From a virus, in the IMG/VR virus record IMGVR_UViG_3300047476_000982, positions 64,001 through 128,000 of that record: a stretch of DNA of 64,000 bases; one strand, given 5' to 3'. Below the pieces are notes generated by a model, which did not search any database, had not been told where the DNA came from, and saw nothing but the letters and a program-made list of their open reading frames with translations. Positions 9,340 through 17,778 of the stretch are shown one piece after another. How positions within the stretch are numbered: the first letter of the stretch is position 1; the number at the start of each line of letters is the position of its first letter. A program made the position numbers and the translations under genes.

Positions 9340-10233
9340 CTATTTTATTCTAAATTTACTTAATATATCTTTTGTTTTATTAATATCTTTATGCATTATT
9401 GCAATCCCGCCTAATGCTTTCCAAGGAGCAAGATTCGGCCAATAATCATCTATTAGCATAGAGTTCTTAGGATCAGCTGTCATCATAGAATGCTTATCTC
9501 CTGTTTGAGCAAATAGAATTTTTTTAGGTTGAGGATTTAAATTATTTTCTATCCACATTTTTTTTCCTTCTTTAGCAAACTCAAATTTACTAGGACTAGT
9601 TAAAATATACGGTTTATATTTTCCTATAATAGACCATAATTCTTTACCTCCAGGCATCCAATTCATTTTGGCCCAGAAGTCAATACCAGCTTCATTTACT
9701 GCAACTTCAAATGCTTTAGAACCTTTTTCTGTATAATATTCTCTAGGTTGAACTCCATAAAAGTGTTCAAATCTTTCATCAAAATCACATAGAACTCCAT
9801 CCATATCACAATAGATTTGAATACCTCCAGTTTGTTCTACTTCATATATTTGTTTTAAGCTAGGTAGAAGAGATTCGTAAATAAGATCATTACTCTTACC
9901 ATAATCTCTCATCATCATACCAGCTAGTGCATTTGCTTGATTCTCTATATTAGAACCGGTTTTGCCTGCATCTGCATATAATTTACCTAATTCATTTTGT
10001 TTATGATGAACTAATTCATGACATAAAGTTCTAAGTATGTCTGCTAGATTTCTATTACCTATATAAACATCTAAATGTTTTTGATTTGGATCATATTGTC
10101 CAAAACTTCTTTTTTCAGTAGCCCATTCACGATCATTTAAAAACCTAATTGTAGGAAGTTTATCTATATCAAGTTTATTTTTTACAAACTGTATAAAATC
10201 CTCTATTATTTCTTGTCTTTGTTCTGGTGTCAT
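9340..10233 (-). CDS. Fusion: HExxH metallopeptidase-like domain + HAD 5'(3')-deoxyribonucleotidase-like domain
   Basis: LCHELVHH in N-half; IYCDMDGVLCDF (HAD motif I) and LIDDY (motif IV) in C-half. Confidence 0.75.
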   Translation of the reverse strand: MTPEQRQEIIEDFIQFVKNKLDIDKLPTIRFLNDREWATEKRSFGQYDPNQKHLDVYIGNRNLADILRTLCHELVHHKQNELGKLYADAGKTGSNIENQANALAGMMMRDYGKSNDLIYESLLPSLKQIYEVEQTGGIQIYCDMDGVLCDFDERFEHFYGVQPREYYTEKGSKAFEVAVNEAGIDFWAKMNWMPGGKELWSIIGKYKPYILTSPSKFEFAKEGKKMWIENNLNPQPKKILFAQTGDKHSMMTADPKNSMLIDDYWPNLAPWKALGGIAIMHKDINKTKDILSKFRIK

Positions 10234-10820
10234 TTCATTATTTTCAATAATCTTCCAAATACATCTTTAGCTACTCCCTTATTATATGCTGAGTCTGGGA
10301 TAAACTTAACAAACTCTTCAAAGTTACCATCTTTAATTGTAGCTCTCATTTGAGTTGCAGATATTCTACCAAATTGTGCAGGTATAATTTGAGGTCTTAT
10401 TTTATTAGGGAATCTTTTTTGTATAGAATCAAAATATCCTAATTCTGTTTGTTCTTCTTCACCTGATGCAACATAAACTGGATCAATATCTGGGTTCTCT
10501 GCCATAAAAGAAAAGATATCTTTTATAGGTGTTGACTCTTTAGATATTGATACTTCTATTTTAGGATTAGGTTCTGCTTTTAAATATTCTTGCCAAATAT
10601 AAAGAGAATCTTCAGGAGTTATACCGTACTTAGTAACATTAGATATAACAACATATACCTTATTAATATAATTTAGTGATGCTAAATACTTTGCAGCTTC
10701 AAAATGTCCTTTATGAGGAGGCTTAAATTTACCAGGGTAAAAACAAGGGCCTACATCTGGAGATGCTTCTTTTAATATATCCTCTGCTATCTGTCTTCCT
10801 AGTTGTTCGAAGTTAATCAT
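10230..10820 (-). CDS. Cytidyltransferase-like (HIGH-family) nucleotidyltransferase
   Basis: FYPGKFKPPHKGH (HxGH) and ISATQMR (KMSKS-equivalent) motifs. Confidence 0.8.
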   Translation of the reverse strand: MINFEQLGRQIAEDILKEASPDVGPCFYPGKFKPPHKGHFEAAKYLASLNYINKVYVVISNVTKYGITPEDSLYIWQEYLKAEPNPKIEVSISKESTPIKDIFSFMAENPDIDPVYVASGEEEQTELGYFDSIQKRFPNKIRPQIIPAQFGRISATQMRATIKDGNFEEFVKFIPDSAYNKGVAKDVFGRLLKIMK

Positions 10821-11605
10821 GACTTAATAAATGATTTTGCTTTAGACACAACATTTTCAATACTATCATCTTTTAAAGACTCAACTTGCTTTTCTATATC
10901 TTCAAATTGTCCTGATAAGATGTCTATTTGTTTATCCACTAACTCTTTAGATTTTGCTTTCTCCTCAGGTGATTTTTCCTTGGCGGGATCTTTTCTAAAG
11001 GTAGAAGTAAATTGTCCAGAAGATAATAGCTCAGAAAAGAATTCTTTTAATTTACCAGAATTGTAGGCTTTCATAAAAGCGTCTACCATTTTCTTTTCAG
11101 CAGGACTTACATCAGTTTGAACTAGTAAAAAATTATCTCCAAACATACTTTTATATGTAGAGATATTTTTATATACGTTATTCCAACTTGACAATACTCC
11201 AACTGTTGGTACCTTTCTTTCTCTCTTAAAGTTTCTTAAGAAGCTAACTACTGGATTGGTGTAGACCATAATCATCATTACATCGTATCCAGCAGATTCT
11301 ATACCCTTCACTCTTTCTACATTTGTTCCTGTAGTATCGTAAAGAAAGTTTTTTCCTGATTTTATTGCATTAGGAAGATCAACTTTCTCGATATAACTAG
11401 AAGCTTTGCCCAGACTATTATACATAGGACTATCTTTGTCTTCTACATACTTGTCTGCATTTAGTTCTTCCCAGCCTGCTTTTTGAAGATCTGGTTGTAA
11501 TTGCCTAACTACACTGGACTTGCCTGCACCTGCTCCGCCAGCCATAACAATAGCCTTACTACCATTTTCAGGTTGTTCTTTTAATAAATCTAGTAGCTTA
11601 ATCAT
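10817..11605 (-). CDS. P-loop kinase (zeta-toxin/AAA_33-like)
   Basis: MAGGAGAGKS Walker A, LNAD, FLYDTTG, RNFKRERKVP lid. Confidence 0.75.
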   Translation of the reverse strand: MIKLLDLLKEQPENGSKAIVMAGGAGAGKSSVVRQLQPDLQKAGWEELNADKYVEDKDSPMYNSLGKASSYIEKVDLPNAIKSGKNFLYDTTGTNVERVKGIESAGYDVMMIMVYTNPVVSFLRNFKRERKVPTVGVLSSWNNVYKNISTYKSMFGDNFLLVQTDVSPAEKKMVDAFMKAYNSGKLKEFFSELLSSGQFTSTFRKDPAKEKSPEEKAKSKELVDKQIDILSGQFEDIEKQVESLKDDSIENVVSKAKSFIKS

Positions 11606-11619
11606 ACTACTAATAAATA

Positions 11620-12414
11620 TTAATCTGTAAGTTTAACGGTATTAGGCAGAGTAAGTAATTCAATCTCAGACTCAGGATGCATAATCTTATAAGTCTCATA
11701 GGTATGCAAGAACATACTAAAGTACTCGTCAACTGTCTTCTTTCCTTCAATTATTTCCCAACCTGCACCTTGCATTTTTTTGCCTGCCTTATCTGCCCCT
11801 CTTTTAGAAGATTTAAGCCATATGATACCGTTACGATCCACTTTTTGGAGGTATCTTTCTTCATAAGCTTTAGTGTAGGCTGACATTTGTAAGTAGTAGC
11901 TTTCATGAACTGAGTTTGATGTTTTGATATCTAATAACCACTTTTCTCCTTTAATATCTACCAATAGATCTAAAGTACCAGAATATTTGTAGGTGTCACT
12001 AAACATGAATTCTTCTGATAGTAAAAGAGTTGGTTTGTAGGTTGTCCAGAAGTCTGTAAAACTTAAAATCATTTTCCATACATGTGTATGATAATTAACT
12101 TTACCATCAGGTTCAATCCATCTAATTTCTTCACCCTTTAAGAATTTTTCTACGGCATTGTGGACTTGAGTTCCCTCATCGCCAGCGCGACGCATAACAA
12201 TATCAGCATTATGGCCCATGTCTTTAATCCAAGTTTCGAAAAAAGCACCTTTCGGAAAGTAACCAAGAATTGTGGTAACAGACGGATAAAAAACCCCAGG
12301 CGATCTTTGATAATATCTAGAATCATGTAATGTAATTTGTCTAAGTTCAGGATCTGTTTCAACGATTCTTTTTAAGAACTTGTCTCGATAGACATTCTTG
12401 TTTTGTTCGATCAT
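11620..12414 (-). CDS. PD-(D/E)xK exonuclease (Cas4/lambda-exonuclease-like)
   Basis: YPSVTTIL, GTQVH, YSGTLDLL, LLDIKTS, QMSAY motifs. Confidence 0.85.
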   Translation of the reverse strand: MIEQNKNVYRDKFLKRIVETDPELRQITLHDSRYYQRSPGVFYPSVTTILGYFPKGAFFETWIKDMGHNADIVMRRAGDEGTQVHNAVEKFLKGEEIRWIEPDGKVNYHTHVWKMILSFTDFWTTYKPTLLLSEEFMFSDTYKYSGTLDLLVDIKGEKWLLDIKTSNSVHESYYLQMSAYTKAYEERYLQKVDRNGIIWLKSSKRGADKAGKKMQGAGWEIIEGKKTVDEYFSMFLHTYETYKIMHPESEIELLTLPNTVKLTD

Positions 12415-13340
12415 ATTAGTTGTATTTTTTTGAGAAGCAGGTCTCCGAAAGACAGTGGCTTCGCAGTATGTAATAACTTGGTCATATTATTAAAACCAAG
12501 GTCAGAAGGATCTTTACCTTCTAATTCTATTAAATAAACTTCTTTACCTAAATTAAGAAGATTTTGTGAATAATCTAGTGCTTCTTTAAGAGCATCTTTG
12601 TCTAATGCCAAATATACTGTTTTTACTTCAGATTCTACTAATTTCATCATGAGTGACTGAGGAATAGTTTTACCAAATAAAGGAATAGCATTACGTTTAA
12701 TTGCAATAGCATCAAAAATACCTTCACATAATATAACAGGAATAGACCAATTAATAAAATACTCTAGACCTATAAGTTCTGTTTTATTACAACTAGGAGC
12801 ATCATATTTACGAGAAGGATCAGGTTCAAATGATCTAGCAATAAAATAATTTACATTTCCATCTTTATCATATGAAGGCACTATAATTCTATTTCTGTAT
12901 CTTCCTGTTTTACAGTATCCAATATTATACTTTTGTATATCTTTAATAGAAATGTTTCTTTTCTTTAAATAGGCTAAAGCATGTCTACACTCAAGAGATT
13001 TATCTGGATTATATAATGAAATGAATTCTTCCGGTAGGGTTACTTTATTTGGTTTAGTAGTATCAATCTTTGTATTATCTCCTTGAAAATAGTTTTTCAT
13101 TTCGATAATTTTTTCAGTAGGAGCATCTACTTTTTTTAATAGCGACACTGGTGTTTTGCCTTTAGTAGCAGGGTGACAAGTCCAACAATTATATTGTCCA
13201 GACTTAATATTCACTATTAACTTAGGATTATGATGCTTACAAACTGGGCAATAGAATGCATAATCCATAGTGGTTTTAGATCCTTTTCCTTTACCAAGAA
13301 CTGTTTCTAATAATCCTAATACGAGTAACTCTTTGTCCAT
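12411..13340 (-). CDS. DNA primase (Zn finger + Toprim)
   Basis: CPVC-H...CWTC zinc finger, RIIVP, ILCEGIFDA, ALDKDA Toprim motifs. Confidence 0.88.
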   Translation of the reverse strand: MDKELLVLGLLETVLGKGKGSKTTMDYAFYCPVCKHHNPKLIVNIKSGQYNCWTCHPATKGKTPVSLLKKVDAPTEKIIEMKNYFQGDNTKIDTTKPNKVTLPEEFISLYNPDKSLECRHALAYLKKRNISIKDIQKYNIGYCKTGRYRNRIIVPSYDKDGNVNYFIARSFEPDPSRKYDAPSCNKTELIGLEYFINWSIPVILCEGIFDAIAIKRNAIPLFGKTIPQSLMMKLVESEVKTVYLALDKDALKEALDYSQNLLNLGKEVYLIELEGKDPSDLGFNNMTKLLHTAKPLSFGDLLLKKIQLI

Positions 13341-13344
13341 TTAT

Positions 13345-13352
13345 CAAATATA
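13345..13352 (-). promoter_or_regulatory. Bacteroidota-type -7 promoter box (TATATTTG) upstream of primase
   Basis: Exact TAnnTTTG match 5 nt before the ATG; similar matches at 38390-38397 and near 53834-53841. Confidence 0.55.
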
Positions 13353-13691
13353 AGACAAAAAAATGACATAAAAAAATATTTATTAAAAAAAATTTTTCTG
13401 TTTCAAATATTTGTTGTATATTGGTAAAACTAATGTCGTATACTCAGGCTCTATGCCATAGCTTGGTTAAATTCCATGAGTGAGTTTTAGAATGAGTAAG
13501 CAACACGACTACCAGGAGTAAAGACCAATATATGCTTCAGGTATACAAAAATAGTTGGTAGTGAAAGCCTAAAATAATATCGGCCATATCCGACGGTTTA
13601 GTCCGCTAAAGGATTTTAGATATAAGCTACAGATGAAAAACAAAGTCAATTACACTCTAAAAAAAGGCTAAATACCTTTAAACTAGCTATT

Positions 13692-13859
13692 ATGCAAGTA
13701 GAAGATTTTCAAATAGAAGGAGATAAAATAACAGAAGAGCAATTAAATGCACTATATATTTACTTATCGATGACATTTGATACTATGAAAGACGAAGAAA
13801 AAATGACGTGGTATCAAATAATGCAAAAAATAGATAAAGAATTTTATGAACAAGATTAA
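13692..13859 (+). CDS. Small acidic hypothetical protein (55 aa; below ORF-track cutoff)
   Basis: MQVEDFQIEGDKITEEQLNALYIYLSMTFD...FYEQD*; overlaps next start. Confidence 0.55.
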   Translation: MQVEDFQIEGDKITEEQLNALYIYLSMTFDTMKDEEKMTWYQIMQKIDKEFYEQD

Positions 13860-14166
13860 ATTATTATTACTAGAAGGTTGTAGTAAGTGTGAAAAACTAA
13901 AGCAAGAATTAGGTAGAAACTATATTCATTACGATTATGAAGTTTGTAAATCGGATACGGAACTTTGTGATTCTATTGAAGATTTAATAGGATGCTCTAA
14001 CTATCCTATAGTATTAAAAATGATAAATACTAACTTTATAGAAGAAATAATTTATATAGCAAATATATATGAAGATATAAATAAAAAAATTATATTTAAT
14101 GATAAAATTAAAGGTAAAGCATTTCACTCTATAGATCAATTGATAGAGTATACAATAAAGTTGTAA
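13846..14166 (+). CDS. Glutaredoxin/thioredoxin-like protein
   Basis: GCSKC CxxC near N-terminus and YPIV cis-Pro motif. Confidence 0.7.
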   Translation: MNKIKLLLLEGCSKCEKLKQELGRNYIHYDYEVCKSDTELCDSIEDLIGCSNYPIVLKMINTNFIEEIIYIANIYEDINKKIIFNDKIKGKAFHSIDQLIEYTIKL

Positions 14167-14175
14167 ATTTATAGT

Positions 14176-14352
14176 ATGAAATATAAACAATTAATATTAA
14201 GGAAAATATTCGAATTAAATAATTTGATAAATTCCCAAAGAGCTTTAGTATCTACTGCTAGATCACAAGATGAAATTAATTTTCATTTAGATAGAATAAA
14301 ATCTAAAATAGAAGAAATTGAAGTCTTAATAAATAGTGAAAGTGAATTCTAA
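14176..14352 (+). CDS. Small hypothetical protein (58 aa; below ORF-track cutoff)
   Basis: MKYKQLILRKIFELNNLINSQR...SESEF* fills the gap between annotated genes. Confidence 0.5.
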   Translation: MKYKQLILRKIFELNNLINSQRALVSTARSQDEINFHLDRIKSKIEEIEVLINSESEF

Positions 14353-14366
14353 ATAAAAAATAAGTT

Positions 14367-14996
14367 ATGAAAAAATTAAGTCCTGAGCAAATGGCGGAAA
14401 ATTTAGCCAAGTTTTATTCTTTAATTGACAAATATATTTCTGGAATGAGGAAAGATAAACTTCTAGAAATGTATAAAGATATTGAAGAAACTCTTGCTAC
14501 TTCTCCGGCATCAACTAAAGTAAGTCACCATAATGCTTTTGCTGGTGGTTATTTAGATCATGTTATTAGAGTTACTGAAGCAGCTTTAGTATTTGAAAAG
14601 GTTTGGGATAAATTTGGCCAGAATAAAAATTATACAACTGAAGAACTAGCCTTCTCAGCACTTAATCATGATCTTGGTAAACTAGGTACAAATGATGAAC
14701 CTGTTTACATTCCTAATCAGTCACAATGGCATAGAGAGAATCAAGGTCTTATGTTTAATTACAATCCTGCTATAACTCATATGAGAATTGCAGAAAGAAG
14801 TTTGTTCGTACTTCAGAAGTATGGTATCCAGGTCTCAGAGAATGAGTTTCTAGCTATCAGGTTACATGATGGTTTATATGAAGAAGCAAATAAACAATAT
14901 TATATTACTTATAATAAAGATACAGAATTAAGGTCTAATATCGCTTATATACTACATCAAGCAGATTTGATGTCTAGTAAAATTGAATCAAACTAA
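14367..14996 (+). CDS. HD-domain phosphohydrolase
   Basis: HHNAFAGGYLDH, ALNHDLGKLG, RLHDG, ILHQAD motifs. Confidence 0.85.
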   Translation: MKKLSPEQMAENLAKFYSLIDKYISGMRKDKLLEMYKDIEETLATSPASTKVSHHNAFAGGYLDHVIRVTEAALVFEKVWDKFGQNKNYTTEELAFSALNHDLGKLGTNDEPVYIPNQSQWHRENQGLMFNYNPAITHMRIAERSLFVLQKYGIQVSENEFLAIRLHDGLYEEANKQYYITYNKDTELRSNIAYILHQADLMSSKIESN

Positions 14997-15008
14997 AATT
15001 AATATATT

Positions 15009-15281
15009 ATGACAATAGGAATTATAGCCCTTATAGTTTGGGCTGTATCTATAATAGGATACATAATTTGGAACTTATTCCAAAAGAATAGAAGACTAGA
15101 ATCAATGGTAATTACCCAACAGTTGTTTATTGACAATATCAAAGACTGTATGAAAGAGATTAACATTGCTGCAAATCAAATTGATTCTAAATTATGGGTT
15201 CAGTCTGATCCTGAGTTTTTGAGCCTTATGGAAAATGTGAAACAAATGCAAACTAGGATTAACGAATTCATAGAAGAATAA
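15009..15281 (+). CDS. Small membrane protein
   Basis: N-terminal transmembrane helix then coiled coil. Confidence 0.55.
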   Translation: MTIGIIALIVWAVSIIGYIIWNLFQKNRRLESMVITQQLFIDNIKDCMKEINIAANQIDSKLWVQSDPEFLSLMENVKQMQTRINEFIEE

Positions 15282-15282
15282 T

Positions 15283-16035
15283 ATGACTGACATACTATTA
15301 AATGAGGAAGAGGTTCTTTTAACTAAAAAAGGAGAACCTAGAAAGAGAAAGCCTAAAACGAAAAATAACTACTTTACAATAGAAACCGAAGAGGCTATTC
15401 TAAGATATAGAGCTGCAAAAAATCAAGCTGAGAGGAATCGAATTTACAATCAAGATATTCACTACGGGTTTTATAAGCTAGTAGAGAACATTATTCATAC
15501 ATTTAAGTTCTACTATACAGAGGTTGACAACATAGAGGATCTTAAGTATGAAGTAATATCTTTCCTCCTTCAAAAACTAGACCTTTATGATCAATCTAAA
15601 GGTAAAGCCTATTCTTATTTTGGTACAATTGCAAAAAGATATTTGATTATATATAACCAAAAGAATTATAAAAAACTTGTAGCCAAGGCAGATATTGGAG
15701 AACAGAATGATGATGACGCATTATTAAATAGCATCCTTGTAAAAGAACCAGAACCAGAGCTAGATAAACTAGATGTGGTCGAGCTTTTTATTAAATACGT
15801 AGATGACAATTTATTAGAACTATTCGACAAAACAGATGAAATAAAGGTAGCAGATGCTATCCTAGAAATATTCAAAAAGAGGGAAAATATAGATATTTTT
15901 AATAAAAAAGCCGTTTTTATATATGTTAAAGAAATGGCTGACACGCAATCAAATACCATTACGAAAGTAATTAAAAAGCTAAAAAACATCTACAGAACTA
16001 TCCTCAATCAATATCTTGAAAACAATGACTATTAA
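15283..16035 (+). CDS. Late-transcription sigma factor, T4 gp55-like
   Basis: NYFT..., FYKLVENII, EDLKYEVISFLLQKLDLYDQSKGKAYSYFGTIAKRYLI resembles sigma region 2 of gp55-family proteins; lies just upstream of the structural operon. Confidence 0.65.
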   Translation: MTDILLNEEEVLLTKKGEPRKRKPKTKNNYFTIETEEAILRYRAAKNQAERNRIYNQDIHYGFYKLVENIIHTFKFYYTEVDNIEDLKYEVISFLLQKLDLYDQSKGKAYSYFGTIAKRYLIIYNQKNYKKLVAKADIGEQNDDDALLNSILVKEPEPELDKLDVVELFIKYVDDNLLELFDKTDEIKVADAILEIFKKRENIDIFNKKAVFIYVKEMADTQSNTITKVIKKLKNIYRTILNQYLENNDY

Positions 16036-16042
16036 TATTTAT
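16035..16042 (+). promoter_or_regulatory. Candidate late promoter ATATTTAT at head of baseplate operon
   Basis: Same octamer lies a short distance upstream of at least 13 genes in sense orientation (see findings). Confidence 0.55.
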
Positions 16043-16053
16043 TCTAAAAAGTC

Positions 16054-16416
16054 ATGGAACTTGATAAGGAAATATTCAAAGGTAAAACTATTGCCAATCT
16101 TGTAGAAGAGGTATACGATAAGCAAAAAAATCAAGATTCTACAATCAAACAGGAGATCATGAGGCTTGCCGATATGATTGAAACTCCTGGTGATGCTATT
16201 GTAGTTGTTCCACTACTTAAAGGATTTATAGACTCTAGTTTAAAGAATGATGAGGTTCTTCTTAAACTACTTAATCTTTTTCAAAAAGCTGCGGAAAATA
16301 AAAAAGCAGGTGATACAGAAGATTCTGGTATTCTTACAGAAAAAGATATTGAGCAACTATTTTCTGAGGTTTCTACTATTAAAATCAAGGATCCTAAACA
16401 ACTACCTAGTGCATAA
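16054..16416 (+). CDS. Conserved helical hypothetical protein
   Basis: Packed ORF; EIFKGKT...GDA..VVPLLK...KND pattern. Confidence 0.55.
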   Translation: MELDKEIFKGKTIANLVEEVYDKQKNQDSTIKQEIMRLADMIETPGDAIVVVPLLKGFIDSSLKNDEVLLKLLNLFQKAAENKKAGDTEDSGILTEKDIEQLFSEVSTIKIKDPKQLPSA

Positions 16417-17339
16417 TGGCTACTAATTTTTTTCAAAATAATCCTACAGCACCAGAATCTATTGGTGGACAATATTTCCAAATAGGAAGAGTTAAAGAAG
16501 TAGTGATGGGGCCTTATAAAGGAGGGACTAATGAAATAGATAAAGATTATAATAGTCCTGCAGACATAGGAAAAATAAGATATCAAATTTTATATTCAAA
16601 TTTTAATACATCTAGAGCAGAAGAAATTTCAGAACCTGCTTATCCTATTTTTAATTTTGTAAAACAGTATCCTTTAGTAAATGAAATTGTTTTTATTATA
16701 ACTGGCCCTACTGAAAGACTCAATGATAAAATAACAAACCAGCAGTTCTTTTATTTCCCGGCTTATAATCTTTGGAACCATCCTAATCATGGCGCGTTTC
16801 CTAACTTACAAGAATATCAGAATTTTTTATTAGAATTTTCTCAACAACCTGGATATTCTGGAAATCCTATAGAGCTACCAGATTTACCTTTTGGTTATAC
16901 TTTTTTAGAAAAACAAGATGTTTTAAATTTACAACCTTTTGAAGGAGATACTATTTTACAAGGAAGATTTGGCCAGACAATAAGACTAGGTAGTACAACG
17001 GTACCTGAATTAAAAGAATATAATAGTTGGTCACCTACAGGTAGTGTAGGAGATCCAATTACTATAATAGTAAATAAATTAGGTCCATCAAAGTCACTTT
17101 CTAAATTTGATCCAGGAATTGAAGATATTAATTCTGACGGAGCTTCTATATATTTAACTTCTACTCAACAGATATCTTTACAGGATATAAATAATTTCCC
17201 TAGAAATTCTTTTAAAGAAAAACAACAAGAAGTAATATCTAGGCCTATTATAAAAACATTCCCAAAACCTATTTCTACTGATGCTACATCTGCTGATGCT
17301 CAAGATAAAATAGCAACACAAAATTCCCCAACCGTATAA
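16416..17339 (+). CDS. Baseplate hub/spike protein, gp5 N-terminal OB-fold-like
   Basis: GRVKEVV...YPLVNEIVFI...QPFEGDTILQGRFGQTIRLGST; position upstream of gp25/gp6-like genes. Confidence 0.6.
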   Translation: MATNFFQNNPTAPESIGGQYFQIGRVKEVVMGPYKGGTNEIDKDYNSPADIGKIRYQILYSNFNTSRAEEISEPAYPIFNFVKQYPLVNEIVFIITGPTERLNDKITNQQFFYFPAYNLWNHPNHGAFPNLQEYQNFLLEFSQQPGYSGNPIELPDLPFGYTFLEKQDVLNLQPFEGDTILQGRFGQTIRLGSTTVPELKEYNSWSPTGSVGDPITIIVNKLGPSKSLSKFDPGIEDINSDGASIYLTSTQQISLQDINNFPRNSFKEKQQEVISRPIIKTFPKPISTDATSADAQDKIATQNSPTV

Positions 17340-17340
17340 A

Positions 17341-17778
17341 ATGGCAGCACCTATTCCATATAATCCTCAATTTCCTTTTGCAGGCGAACAAATAGTTTTA
17401 TCTGCTGATAGGGTTACTTTGCATTCTAAAAATGATGCAATTTTTCTTTTTGGTAAACAAGCTGTTGGTTTATCATCTATAAAAACTATAAATTTAGATG
17501 CAAACCAAGAAATATTATTATACTGTAAAAAAATTACTTTAGGACCAAATGCTAAACAACCTCTTGTATTAGGAAAATTTTTTAATGAAAGATTAAAACT
17601 TTTTGTACAAGAACTTCAATCCGTTTCTATCTTATTAGCACAAAGCTCTGAATCAGAAATAGGTACTAGTATGCAATCAATAGCTTCCGCAGGTAAAAAA
17701 TTAAACGAGGCTTGTGAAAAAATGTTAAATGTTATAAAAAACGATTCATTTTTATCTAAAAATACTTTTACAAAATGA
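17341..17778 (+). CDS. Probable baseplate spike beta-helix protein
   Basis: Repeating short beta-strands (IVLSADRVTLHSK...INLDAN...ITLG...PLVLG). Confidence 0.5.
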   Translation: MAAPIPYNPQFPFAGEQIVLSADRVTLHSKNDAIFLFGKQAVGLSSIKTINLDANQEILLYCKKITLGPNAKQPLVLGKFFNERLKLFVQELQSVSILLAQSSESEIGTSMQSIASAGKKLNEACEKMLNVIKNDSFLSKNTFTK

